A DNA stretch of 64,000 nucleotides. Origin: Stegostoma tigrinum. Lineage: Eukaryota. Position numbers and translations under genes: made by a program. This document shows positions 1 to 13,200 of the stretch, piece after piece; the first letter of the stretch is position 1; every line of letters begins with the position of its first letter. The stretch covers positions 62,001 to 126,000 of the forward strand of contig NW_026728269.1 in the NCBI RefSeq assembly GCF_030684315.1, written 5' to 3'. The notes under the pieces are model-generated. The model saw only the letters and a program-made list of their open reading frames with translations. It ran no database searches and had not been told where the DNA came from.

Positions 1-1040
1 CTGATGGGCGTCCCTCTCCCTATTACAGAGTGTACTGATGGGCGTCCCTCTCCCCGTTACAGAGCGTACTGATGGGTGTCCCTCTCCCTATTACAGAGCA
101 TACTGATGGGTATCCCTCTCCCTCCGTTGCAGAGCGTACTGATGGGCGTCCCTCTCCCTCCGTTACAGAGCGTACTGATGGGCGTCCCTCTCCCTCCGTT
201 ACAGAGCGTACTGATGGGCGTCCCTCTCCCTCCGTTACAGAGCGTACTGATGGGCGTCCCTCTCCCTCCGTTACAGAGCGTACTGATGGGCGTCCCTCTC
301 CCTCCATTACAGAGCGCACTGACGGGCGTCCCTCTCCCTGTTACAGAGTGCACTGACGGGCATCCCTCTCCCCGTTACAGAGCGTACTGATGGGCGACCC
401 TCTCCCCGTTATGGAGTGTACTGATGGGTGTCCTTCTCCCTGTTATAGAGCATACTGATGGGCGTCCCTCTCCCCGTTATGGAGTGTACTGATGGGTGTC
501 CTTCTCCCTGTTATAGAGCGTACTGATGGGCGTCCCTCTCCCTCCGTTACAGAGCGTACTGATGGGCGTCCCTCTCACTCCGTTACAGAGCGCACGGACG
601 GGCGTCCCTCTCCCTGTTAAAGAGCGTACTGATGGGTATCCCTCTCCCTGTTACAGAGCGTACTGATGGGCGACCCTCTCCCCATTACAGAGCGTACTGA
701 CGGGCGTCCCTCTCCCCGTTACAGATCCTACTGATGGGCGTCCCTCTCCCTCCGTTACAGAGCGCACTGATGGGTGTCCCTCTCCCCGTTACAGAGTGTA
801 CTGATGAGTGTCCCTCTCCCCGTTACAGAGCGTACTGATGGGTGACCCTCTCCCCGTTACAGAGCGTACTGATGGGCGTCCCTCTCCCCGTTACAGAGCG
901 TACTGATGGGCGTCCCTCTCCCTGTTACAGAGCGTACCGATGGGTGTCCCTCTCCCTGTTACAGAGCGCACTGATGGGTGTCCTTCTCCCTGTCATGGAG
1001 CGTACGAATGGGTGTACCTCTCCGTCTGTTACAGAGCGTT
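1..1040. repeat. 29-30 bp minisatellite
   Basis: Unit GTTACAGAGCGTACTGATGGGCGTCCCTCTCCC(T)C, ~35 copies, runs off window start. Confidence 0.95.
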
Positions 1041-1097
1041 CTGCTGTGTATATATACCATGATGGGCTGCAAGGATGCCAGTAACTGGTTGCCTTAC

Positions 1098-1202
1098 CTG
1101 ATTGGGATTGTTCTTGTACAAGAAAGTGATGCAGTTCATCACTGTTACATTTTCTTCTAGATCCTCTTTCAAAGGGAGTGACCGCACGAGGACAGGAAAT
1201 AC
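1098..1202 (-). CDS. IPO4: IPO4 exon 28
   Basis: [35 protein letters not shown]; donor GTAAGG. Confidence 0.93.
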
Positions 1203-4200
1203 CTTTTGGGGAAGGGCACAAATAAGTTGCATTAATCCTTCCAGCCTCTCGAGCCGTGGAGCAGTTCTCCTGAGAGGTTTTCCAAGGGTCAGATCACTGT
1301 GATCCCAGCCCAAGCCTGGCCCCTGAACCACGAGCCCCATCAAGATAATTCAGTGTCAAAACCTGACATCTTTCCCCCTGTAAGAAAGGGAGAGGGGGAA
1401 AGAAGGATACAGCAGCTGCTGATGTGTTGGGAGATTTTCACAGCACAGTTTTCACAAGTGCCAAAGGGAGATAACGTTGCTCAGCTCAGTCTCTCCCGAA
1501 GGCACTGCTTTGTGTCAGCAGGCATTGACTCCAGCTCCTCACCTGCAGTCTCACCCACCGTCTGTCAGGTAAGACAGTCAACGTTCCACAGGCAAAGGAC
1601 AGTACCTCGCCATCCCCCGGACTCCACTGAGTGGGTTGCCTGTCCAATTCAGGAAGTAAAGCTCACGTACGTCAAACAGAAACTTCCCCAGAAGGGACTG
1701 AGCAACTTGAGTCAGGTCACAGACCCCACCCGTGCCCACACTGCGACTGAGTGTACAAAGGAAATGCGCAATACCTGTTCCACGGGGACTCCAGCGAGAT
1801 TTGTCATCATCATCCGGGAAACAGCCCCACACACATTGTCCACCACACGCCGATTTTGCTCTCGGGCTATGATAGATGACAGAATGTTCAGAAGGGATGG
1901 GTACTGGCTGGAGACAATGTTAAGGACGGATTGGAGATTGTTTCTCAAACTGCAAGCGTGTTTCCTTCACCTATCAGCACAGCCTTTCAGAGGGAATGCC
2001 AGGAGACTGGAACACAGTTAACAAATAGCAGCTAGCACTAACATTACTGCAGATCAGAGGGACCTCGGTACACATAGCCAGAGATCCACAAAGGTAGCAG
2101 AAGGTGGTGAAGAAGTCATGTTGGGCTGTCTGCTTTTATGAGACAAGGCACTGTATATAACAGCAAGGAAATTACACTGTTTAAAACATTGGTCAGGCCA
2201 CAGCTCGAGCAGTGTGCAGGTCTGCTTAGCACATTACAGGAAGGACATGATTACATTTCAGAGGATGGTGCCTGGGCTGCAGAGTCTGGACTGATAGAAG
2301 ATCAGATGGGCTGGGATCGTTTCTGCTTGGAGCAGGGAAAGTTTGAGAAGGGATGCAATAGGAGTGTGGGAAGATTGTGCGGGCCATGCATTGGTTAGGT
2401 AGGAAGGAGGAGCCAATAACCAGGAGGCATAGATTGAAGGGGAGAGGTAAAAGGCTAGGGGAAGAGTTAAGGAGAGATTTTCTCTTCCATTCAGAGGATG
2501 GTTGGAGTCTGGAACCCACGCCTGAAAGGGCAGCTGACTCAAACATTTGGAATGTCTAAGCAGTTAACATTTAGATATTCACTTGCATTTCCGCAGGCTA
2601 CAGGGTGCTGGAGCAACAGCTGGCATTAGCGGTCAGGTCCTTGTTGACCAGAGCAGGGACAATGTTGTGTGCTGTCCATGAGTCTATAGTCTACAGCTCC
2701 TGCNNNNNNNNNNNNNNNNNNNNNNNNNNNNNNNNNNNNNNNNNNNNNNNNNNNNNNNNNNNNNNNNNNNNNNNNNNNNNNNNNNNNNNNNNNNNNNNNN
2801 NNNNNNNNNNNNNNNNNNNNNNNNNNNNNNNNNNNNNNNNNNNNNNNNNNNNNNNNNNNNNNNNNNNNNNNNNNNAATCCAGGATACTCGAAGATGGCTT
2901 CTTTCCCTTGCTCGGCGAGAACGCCAATGCCAAAGACTGAATTGCTGCGCACCTCATCATCTGTGTCCCGTGCACCAGCCTGCAACATTGGCAGCAGCCG
3001 GGGTACAAACTGTACTGTCGCTGGCCCCATCGCCTGTACCGTTTCAGCAATCGACCCGATGGCAAACGATTTCTCAGCCACTGTGCAGCTAGGTTTCTGC
3101 AACACACATACGACAGATCAAAACCATTCCCGTACAGCCCAAAGGACAGAGGGCAGACATCTCAGAGGAATGCACATCTACCAGAGATTACAGAACCAGG
3201 GAGGGCAAAGGTCATGGAAGGAATCTCGGAAACAAAAAAAGGAAGATTTCAGAACATTGAAGCCACTGAATTCTCCCAATTCCTGCCTTCACTGTGCCAC
3301 CTTGGTCTGCCAGTATCTCTCTCTTCGCCCAGACTGTACTTCTCAGCATGACCCAAGTTTGCCTGTGTCTGTCCCTTCAGCACTCTCTTCAATTCTTCCC
3401 CCTGTTTAAAAACAAACCAGCCTGCTCTGTTCCTCCTAACCCTTCTTCTCCTGCTTCTTGCATGCTGGTTACTTCAAATACAAGCCATTCAGCCCCTCTA
3501 AGCCTGCCTTACCCATTTATGACTGTTGGCTGTGGGGTATTTTGTGACATTTCAACAAGTTACTGACACTGGCCATGGGTTTTCTTGGATAGCAGGAACT
3601 GCAGATGCTGGAGAATCTGAGATAACAAGGTTTGGAGCTGGATGAACTCTGCAGGCCAAGCAGCATCAGAGGAGCAGGAAGGCGGACATTTCAGGCCTAG
3701 GCCCTTCTTCAGGTTTTCTTTAGCCTTTCTGAGCAGCTACCAGCACTAATGTTTGGGGAAGTAGCAGAAACCAGTGCCCTGGTCTGATGTTCATTCCATT
3801 GCGTTGTCACTGCAAACATTGTGAAATTTAATTACCACACCCAAATATTTCACAGCAGAGTACTTGTTTTCAATGTTGGCTTTGAACTGGGTATATGCTG
3901 GAGGGATTGGGGTGGGGAAGTGGGTGAGATAGTAGGGTTTGTTAGTGATGAGCGTGTAGCTGCCTCATTTGTGAATGAACTGTATTGTCAGCAAATAACC
4001 ACTGCCAAATACTAACTCTCGGCCAAGAAGGGAAAAGTGTGGGGAAAGAGAAGAGCAAAAAAAGAGAAAGTGAAAAAGTGCGACTCAAGAAAGATCAGTC
4101 AAGTGAGCGAAGAAGAGTGTGAAAGATCGAGAGCGGGGCAGAGAGCGGGGCAGAGAGCGGGGCAGAGAGCGGGGCAGAGAGCGGGGCAGAGAGCGGGGCA

Positions 4201-7200
4201 GAGAGCGGGGCAGAGAGCGGGGCAGAGAGCGGGGCAGAGAGCGGGGCAGAGAGCGGGGCAGAGAGCGGGGCAGACAGCGGGGCAGACAGCGGGGCAGACA
4301 GCGGGGCAGACAGCGGGGCAGACAGCGGGGCAGACAGCGGGGCAGAGAGCGGGGCAGACAGCGGGGCAGACAGCGGGGCAGACAGCGGGGCAGAGAGCGG
4401 GGCAGACAGCGGGGCAGACAGCGGGGCAGACAGCGGGGCAGACAGCGGGGCAGACAGCGGGGCAGAGAGCGGGGCAGACAGCGGGGCAGAGAGCGGGGCA
4501 GACAGCGGGGCAGACAGCGGGGCAGACAGCGGGGCAGACAGCGGGGCAGACAGCGGGGCAGACAGCGGGGCAGACAGCGGGGCAGACAGCGGGGCAGACA
4601 GCGGGGCAGACAGCGGGGCAGACAGACATGGAAGCATGAAGACTAGCACAGGGCATTGAAAGGATTGCCTGTTACTGCATGGTAAGCCCATTGTAAATGT
4701 ATGCTATCACCTCGTGTTTGGAGCTAGGGCCATTCACGTTCATGATGATCAGGAGACGAAAACTCTGTGCAACTCACAACTGATGGGCCAGAGTAGTCAG
4801 CAACAGAGAGTTTAGTGGTGAACAGGGATGATCAGGTACTGAAATTAATGCTGTCCTTGTACTGTACATGCTAACATCACACCTGGGAGCTCACGAAAAG
4901 GAAACCTCTCTGAGCAATTGGCCAGCTGCCAGAGCCGGACTCTGGGCTTTACTCTTTATGGAACTTCCAAGGTTGTGTCAGGGCGGGCAAGCAGATTGCC
5001 CCAGGGCTCTTTGTGCCACTAAAAGGCGTAACTCGGACACTTTCAGTGCCAATTGGAGAAGCTGGGGAGCGATTAGGATCACTGAGAGTGTCTCATGATG
5101 AGAACCGACTCTGATCAAGCCTTAGCAATGCTAATCATGGAGTGGTCTTCAGCAACAAACAAGTGGTAGGACTCAACACCATCCTCCAAACAGACACTGT
5201 ACCATCCACAGAAATTCACTGAGGCTTCTTAGACAGCAGCTTCCAAACCCACAACAACCATCGCCCAGTAGGAGACAGCCACATTGGAACACCGCCCCTT
5301 GGCACAGTCTCCTCTGATCCAATCACTATCCTGACTTGGAAATATATCGCCATTCCTTCAGGGTCAGAATCATGGAATTCCCTCTACAAGGGACATTGTG
5401 ACTCGAGCTACAGCACATGGACTGCAGCGCTTCAAGAAGGCAGCTCAGTACCCCCACCTTCTCATGGGGCAACTAAGGACGGGGTGATAAATGCAGGGCC
5501 CAGTCCGCAATGCCAATGTTCTGGAACACCTGGAAAAAAGGTAACTAGGGGTTTTACCCCTGCTATTCTGCTCCATGTGTCACTGTCAGCAGTGAGGAGT
5601 ACATTTCGCATTGTCCCTCGGTTTCAAGGCAGGAGACAACCAAATTGACTATAAGTTTCAAACCACGCAGCTGTACATACCGTTTTGCACAGCAACAGGG
5701 GGAGGAAGCCGGCAAAGTACGGGGCAAAGATCTGTCCTCCCACAGCGGCAGCGAGAAGGGGAATGCCCTCCCCTGCATACTCCAGGAGCATGGAGTCGTA
5801 CTCGGCCTGCAAGTGAAGAAAAGACAGGTCAGCCACATGCCTACCAACAGTCAGGAGTCAAGTTATGGGCATTCACACTTCAACTGTGCTCAGGGAAGGC
5901 AATTAACAGTTATAACGGCTGTTGCTTGTGGTGATGGTTAAATAGGTGTTAAAGTGCTAACAAGAGTTAGATTGTTATAAAATACACAAGCCCCAATACC
6001 AACATCGAGGCTGACGATGTTGTCAAGAGACCCTTTTATACAGGGCCTGAGTGGAGAATTTTAAATCCACACCTCCTTATCGAACAGCACAACTGAAGAC
6101 ACATCATCTTGGCAATACCCACAGCAACATCCAAGGAATTCACTTGATTTTGCATCAGTGCCCAAGGGATGCTGATCTGAGCCGCACTTCACAGAAGGGG
6201 TATCAATGAGGGTTTGTAATCAGTGGATGACTGGACAATGATACTGTGGTGGAAGCTGGCAGTATCGGGGGTCAGGGCACCGAGGTTGTGAGCAGTCTCT
6301 GGTTGTAGCCAAGGCCTGGGGTGGAGTCAACGGTGAGAAAACCAGGTCTGTAACTCTGCTCGGAGCCAATGGCGTTGGGTTTGCTGAACGTTCAAGCAGA
6401 GGAATTCCAGTCGTGAAGGTCTGGGAAACGTGGTGACAATTCCATAGCCATGGAAAGGGCAGGGTAGATTTAAGCAGATTGTAGTTGGGGGCAGCAGAGA
6501 GTGTCACGAACGATCATGTGAAAGCTGGTGAGCTCAAACTGTGGGGAGGGTACAGCAGATGGGGGGGGAGGTGGTGGTGGAGGGTGGTGTGCGTAATAGT
6601 TTACAAAGGCAAGCAGAGAAGTCAATATCAGACTTCACTGAGGAAAAGAAACAATGCTGGCAGAAGTGGGTAGGGTGGTGAGTGGTGTCAGAGAACCATC
6701 TTTTTTTCTTTATTCATTGTCGGGATGAGGGTGTCGCTGGCCAGGCAGCATTTATTGCCCAGACGACAGTTCAGAGACAACCACATTGCTGTGGATCTGG
6801 AGTCACGTGTAGGCCAGACCGGGTAAGGATTGCAGTTTTCTTCCTCAAAAGGACATTAGTGAACCAGATGGGTTTCTCCCCCCTCCCCGACAATCGACAA
6901 TGGATTCAAAGTCATCATTCGATTCTTAATTCCAGATATTTTATTGAATTCAAATTCCAACATTTGCCGTGGTGGGATTTGAACCCGGGTCCCCAGGATG
7001 TTACCTGGGTCTCACGATTAACAGTCTAGCAATAATACCACTTGGCTATCGCCTTCCCTTCCAATCTCAGGTATCCTGGGGTTAGGAATGTTCATTAGGT
7101 GGCAAGCAGCAGTTTTGTGGGATCAGAGGGGAGCGTGCAAGAAATGGCAATGTGGACAGGGATGACTAAAAAGAGGGAACACAGCTCTGAATGTAAGCAG

Positions 7201-10200
7201 GCAGAAATAGATGGCACGCAAGGATGAGGAAGGGGTAGGCCAGAGATAGGTGGGCAGATTAAAGCATGACTCTGACCCACAAAAGGAGTGACTGGGACAA
7301 GTGACCAAAGGCATAGGTAATAACAAGGAGACACAGACACAACGAGATAGAGGAGAGAAATTCCAGAACTTGGGAGCTACAGAGGATTCAGAAGGAGATT
7401 AACCAGGATGTTGCTGGGTATGGAAGGCTTAAGTCATCAAGCCCTTCCTTACAGGCTAGGACTTTTCTCACTGGAGAGTGACACGATAGAAGTTTATAAA
7501 GTAATGAAAGGTGCGGATAGAGTTGATATGAATTGTCTTTTCCCTGAGATGGGGGTTTCAAGACTAGGGGACATATTTTTAAGGTGAGAGAAGAGAGATT
7601 TTAAGAAAGACATAACAGGCAAATGTTTCACGCAGAGGGTGATTTGTGTGTGGAATGAACTTCCTGAGGAAGCCGTGGTAGAATTACAATGGTTAAAAAC
7701 CATTTGGATGGCCATATGAACAGGAAAGGTTTGGAGGGATATGAGCCACGAGCAGGCAGGTGGGACTAGTTTACTTTGGGATTATGCTTCGCATGCACTG
7801 GTTGGACCAAAGGGTCTGTTTCCATGCTGTATGACTCTGTGACTCTAGGCTGCAACATGGCAAAGCCCTGTGATGGAACAGTCAGGCAGAGGTCATGAAG
7901 ATGCGAACAAGGGTTTTTGCTCCATCTCAGCTTACATGCAGCTACGTTCAGTGATGTTAAGGAGGAGGAAATGGGTGGCTTGACTGCATGGTCAGAATAT
8001 GACACGACACCAAGTTAACAAACAAACTGGCTTATTCTCCATCTGTCTCCATGCAGAGGAGTGAAATGGATGGTTAGGGGCAGACTTCTGAGCATGGCCC
8101 GAAAGCAATGGCTACAGTCTTCCCATTTTTAACTGGAAGCAATTTCTGTCTCCCCAGTATTGGATGCAGATAGGCAGGACAATAACTTCGAGATTATGGA
8201 AGAGTCGAGGGAGGTGGTGGGCAAGGTAGAGCCGGCCACCGTCAGCGTAGATATGAAAATTAAGGGGGGGCTTTCAGGTATTGCAATGAGAAATGCGAAT
8301 GGGTTAGATCCTTGGGGACATCAGTGGTAACAGTACGACCGCAGGAAAGGATGGCTCATCGCAAGTGACAGAGTTACACAAAAATCTCGCACTGCTCATG
8401 GTGAGGGTGCAAGGAAATGTTTAGAAGGATCTAAAGAAACACCCGGGAGGGGAGAAAACGTCACATTAACAGGTCAGAGCTGAAGTGCCACCACCACTGG
8501 CATCTTAATCATCCTTTCAGTTCCAAAAGCGCATTGTTTGGACTGGGATTTGCAATTCCCTGGCCTCCCTTTCCCCGAACCCCAACCCCCTTAAAGGCAG
8601 ATCCTTTTGTGTTGGTGCTAGACTCGTGTTGTAACAGGTTAAACCTGCTCTTAGGCAAATACCAAGATCTTGCCTGCCTGTTGAAACACAACAGTAGCTA
8701 TGTAAAACATCCAAGAGCCCTCTGCCGTTCCAATTCACTGCAAACAAACAGTCAGGTGTGGGGAAAATACAACGCTCCAGGCTGGATCGACAGCAGCCTG
8801 CCCTTTAATCCTGCGTCTAGCTGCATTTTTACATGGAGCCGCACTTGGTTCCTGCTTCAGACAAGTGAAGTAGCGCTGCTTTGTGTAAAAGTTATTTGCT
8901 TGGGGAACATGGGCCTGACAGAGAGGACACTGTGCCTCGGAGCACTAAGGATCGCCAGCAATCTTGCCTGCTCAACAGGATCTGTGCTCCTACAGTCGGT
9001 TAGTGGACAGACCATTCTACTACTCCTGTTCACCGACATCTGTATCACAGGTATAGCATCAAAACGAACCACGTTCCCTCATCCTTGTGGTGGCTTTTGT
9101 GCATCAGGCAAATCCACTGCACTGCTGTTATATGGAGAACTTTGAGAACCATTGAAGATCGAGGGCAGATTCAAAAAGAGGGGCTCAAAATCATGAAGAG
9201 CTTTGATAAGAGTAAAGTAACGAGAATCTGCTTCCATTACACGTAAGCAGAGAATACAATTTTAAAAGAACCAGCTGAAAGATGAGAACGATTTTTGCTT
9301 GTGCAGAGTTTTGATCTGGAATACATTGTTCAAGGGAGTGGTAGAAGTAAACTTAAAGCCGAATTTCAGAAGAAAACTGGATAAATACAAAAGGGAAATA
9401 TGTAAGTCAGGGAAGGAGAAAGAACAGTGATGGTGGGGGCAGAAACTAGTGATTGGGATCCTCTATCAAAGGCACAGGCAATTGTTTCTGTATCTCACCT
9501 CTTCAGGATCTCCCACAGCAAGCTACTGCCAATGAGAGATTTTCTGAAGTTATGTTTCTAGAGTAGTGCAAGAAATGCAGCCCACAGACGGCAGAGTAAG
9601 ATCGTGAAAATGCAATCAGACAGAGACCACATCATTTGCTTTAGTCATGGTAACTGAGCAGAAAATCTTTTCCGGGTCATTGGGTCAAAGTCCCTTTATT
9701 TGGACACAGGATTATTTACATCCCACCGAGAAACCGACAGTGCATCTGGATGTGAGTTTGCTCGCTGATCTGGAAGGTTAGTTTTCAGACGTTTCGTCAC
9801 CATTCTAGGTAACATCATTAGTGAGCCTCCGGTGAAGCACTGGTGTTATGTCCCGCTTTCTATTTATCTGGTTAGGTTTCCTTGGGTTGGTGATGTCATT
9901 TCCTGTTCTCTTCTTTTTCTCAGAGGATGGTAGATTGGCTCCAAATCAATGTGTTTGTTGATGGAATTCCAGTTGGAAGCCATTCTTCTAGGAATTCTCG
10001 TGCGTGTCTCTGTTTGGCTTGTCCTAGGATGGATGTGTTGTCCCAATCAAAGTGGTGTCCTTCCTCATCTGTATGGAAGGATATGAGTGATAGTGGGTCA
10101 TGTTGTTTTGTGGCTAGTTGATGTTCATGTATCCTGGTGACTAGCTTTCTGCTTGTTTTGGTAGGGGGGAGGGTAGGGGGGAGGGTAGGGGGGAGTTGGG

Positions 10201-13200
10201 GGTTTGCGGGTTATGGGGGGAGGGGGGAGGGGGGAGGGGGGGGAGTGGGGGGTGGGGGTTGTGGGTGGACGGGGGAGTGGGGGGGGTGGGGGGGTGGGGG
10301 GGAGGAGTGGGGGTGTGGGGGGAGGAGGGGGAAGGGGGGGGTGGAGTGGGTGGCAGAGGGGGGAGTGAGGGGAGGGAGTGGGCAGGAGTTGGGGTGTTGA
10401 GGGTGGAGGTGGGTAACGGAGGAGGGGGTTAGGAGGGGTGTAGGAGGGGAAGAAGTGGTAGGAGAGGGGTAGGGAGTAGAAGGGGGGTAGGGGTTAGAAG
10501 GGGGGTAGGCGGTGGGGTTAGAAGGGGGTAGGTGGGTAGGATGGTAGGATGGGGGTAGGGGGTAGGATGGGGGTAGCGGGGGCGTAGGATGGGGGTAGCG
10601 GGGGCATAGCGGGTAGGAAGGGGGGGTGGGGGTAGGAGGGGGGAGTGGGGGGAGTAGGGGGGAGTAGGGGGGAGTAGGGGGGAGTAGGGGGGAGTAGGGG
10701 GGAGTAGGGGGGTAGGGTGGGAGGAGGGGGAGGAGGGGGAGGAGGGGGAGGAGGGGGAGGAGGGGGAGGAGGGGGAGGAGGGGGAGGAGGGGGGGTGGGG
10801 GGGGAGGAGGGGGATGGGGGAGAAGGGGGGTAGGGGGTAGGAGGGGGGGTACGGGGTGGAGGAGGGGTACGGGGTGGATGAGGGTGGGTTTAGGGGGTTG
10901 GGGAGATTGGTGGGTCGGGGTGGTAGACGGGGTGGAGGGGAGGTTAGGGGTTGGAGGGGGTGGAGGGTGAGGGGGGTGGGGGTGTTGAGGGGGTTCGGGG
11001 GAGGGAGGCAGGGGGAGAGAGAGAGAGAAGGAGAAAGGGAGAGGGGATGAGTGGAAAGGAGGGGAGAGAGAGTGAGAGTGAGTGAGGAGTTGGGAGGAGG
11101 GAGAGGGGTGGGGTCTGGGGGGGAAGGTGAGTGGGGGGTGGAGTGGAGGGAGGAGGAGGGTTGAGGGGGAGGGGGAGGGTTGAGGGTTTCTGCTTGTTTG
11201 TCTAGAAAGCTTGCCACCAGGATACATGAACATCAACTAGCCACAAAACGACATGACCCACTATCACTCGTATCCTTACATACAGATGAGGAAGGACACC
11301 ACTTTGATTGGGACAACACATCCATCCTAGGACAAGCCAAACAGAGACACGCACGAGAATTCCTAGAAGCATGGCATTCCAACCGGAACTCCATCAACAA
11401 ACACATTGATTTGGAGCCAATCTACCATCCCCTGGGAAAAAGAACAGGAAATGACATCACCCACCCAAGGAAACCTAAACAGATAAATAGAAAGCGGGAC
11501 ATAACACCAGTGCTTCGTCGGAGGCTCACTGACGATGTTACCTAGAATGGTGACGAAACATCTGAAAACTAACCTTCCAGATCAGCGAGCAAACTCACAT
11601 CCAGAACCTCAACCTGAACTACAAATCTTCTCAAAACTCGCTACCGACAGAGCATGTTTATGCTCTCGGCTGAGAGCACAGCAATGCTTTGGGATTGTTC
11701 TGGAATAGATTCTGCGGGTAGTCTGTGCCCAGATCCCTGGATTGGGATTGTCTGAGGCGCGCACATGCCTGTTTTAGATTGATGTGAAAGACAGTACAGT
11801 TGCAGCGATCACTGATACACGGCGGTGAATGGAAGAGCCTGGCACCGAGCCAGGAAGCCTGGGCTAGCTCCGAATCCAGAGTAATCCATGGCAGGCACCT
11901 GCCTAGCAGTATTATCACCAGATTATTAACCCAGAGACTCGGGTAACATTCCGGGAATCTGGGTTCAAATCCACCACGCCAGATTCAATAACGAAACAAA
12001 ACAATTTTGAAATTAAACATCTTGCCGATTGTTGGGGGAGAAAGCCACGTGGTTCACCTCCATCCTTACCTGGTCTGGCCTACACGTGACTCCTATCGAC
12101 CACAATGTGGCTGGCTCCTCTCCCAACCCCAGGACAAAAATTAAAAACAATTTGAAAATCCTCTCAGGTCCAGCGGCCAGGCAGGCGTCCAGGTTCCTTC
12201 ACAGCAGTAAAGTATCAGGATGGCAATTCACAGAAGCCATTTTCATTCTGTTGTGTTGTAACAGAGCTGAACAGTTGCTCCTTTCAGTCTAGCTGTATCC
12301 ATAAAAGTATGTCTGTACTGTCAGGTAAGTTTATGATGTATTATTTACTGGAACTTGGGTTCAAAATGATAGACCAATGAGATTTTGGTTTTCAGTGCCT
12401 CTTTAAGAAGGGTCAGAAGGTTATTTGGAAGGGCGAGTTAAAGACAGCCTTTCCAAGAAATAATGTGACCAAAGCAAAATCAGTCAACAAGCCACTCAGT
12501 GAGATGAGTGCTGTTTATCGTTGACAAGAAAAGGGGAGGCCAGGCACACAAGCAGGTCAGAATCAGGAAAGATCAACTGCAGCAAAGGGCAGTTTTAACG
12601 CTTGTGGAAATCTTTAGAACTGGGAAGAGATCCTAATGTGCTTTTAGCAGTGTCAAGGTAGTCAGCCGGAGAAAAGTAAGTGGTTTACCCTGCGGGTCTT
12701 GGGAAAAGAGAGTACCAGTGACAGTCACAGCAGCTGAAAGTGCAGGAAATCTCTGAAAGAAAATACTGAGTTCGAAATACACAATGAAAAGATCTTAAAG
12801 TGAATAGCAGAGGGATATTTCACTGGGATAGAATGTCTGCAAAAGGACATTACTTTTTTCTATACCAAGGAAAGATCTTACCAAACTGTCTAGATTTATA
12901 ATTTTTCCCCCTTTTCCTTTCAGATAATAAATATTTGTTCTTCTAAGAAAAGAACACTGACAACCTCATTTGAATATAGTCAGTCAAGCAACTGCCACAG
13001 TAACCAGATTTCAAAAATAAAACCTGTGGTATCAAGCGAGAATATTTAACACCACACAGTTGATGCAAGGGAATGAGAAATGCTAATAGTATCCAGGGTT
13101 ATGAGAGAGTTCAAAGTGTGTGAAATTCAGAGCCGTAAGGTAAGCAACTATAACTCTATAGCAGCACTAAAAAGAGAGGTAGACAGTGTACGGTGAGCAA

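Larger units (their letters stand above)
9746..11642. mobile_element. Second Penelope-like family, palindromic 3' fragment
   Basis: Arms ~9746-10150 (-) and ~11203-11604 (+); GIY-YIG C-terminus [10 protein letters not shown]...[10 protein letters not shown]; TSD ACCGACAG(T/A)GCAT at 9733-9745 / 11643-11655. Confidence 0.88.

Noticed and set aside
1-1040. CRISPR-like regular ~30-bp repeats (also 30431-31655 and 33165-34126)
   Set aside because: Head-to-tail units without unique spacers, no cas genes, vertebrate intronic context: these are minisatellites.
4037-4691. AGQR/CPAV/APLS repeat ORFs
   Set aside because: Translation of a 12-bp tandem repeat.
8534-8908. Upstream in-frame extension of the nested gene's first exon
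   Set aside because: No ATG before 8909; treated as 5' UTR, although an upstream coding exon cannot be excluded.
12265-12324. Possible extra exon of the nested gene (strong donor CAG|GTAAGT; a 60-nt in-frame option exists)
   Set aside because: It would insert 20 mostly polar residues into predicted TM2; unsupported without RNA data, though it could be an alternative first exon.
12335-13050. Possible degenerate LTR-like sequence
   Set aside because: No definable termini or TSD; cannot be supported without a repeat library search.
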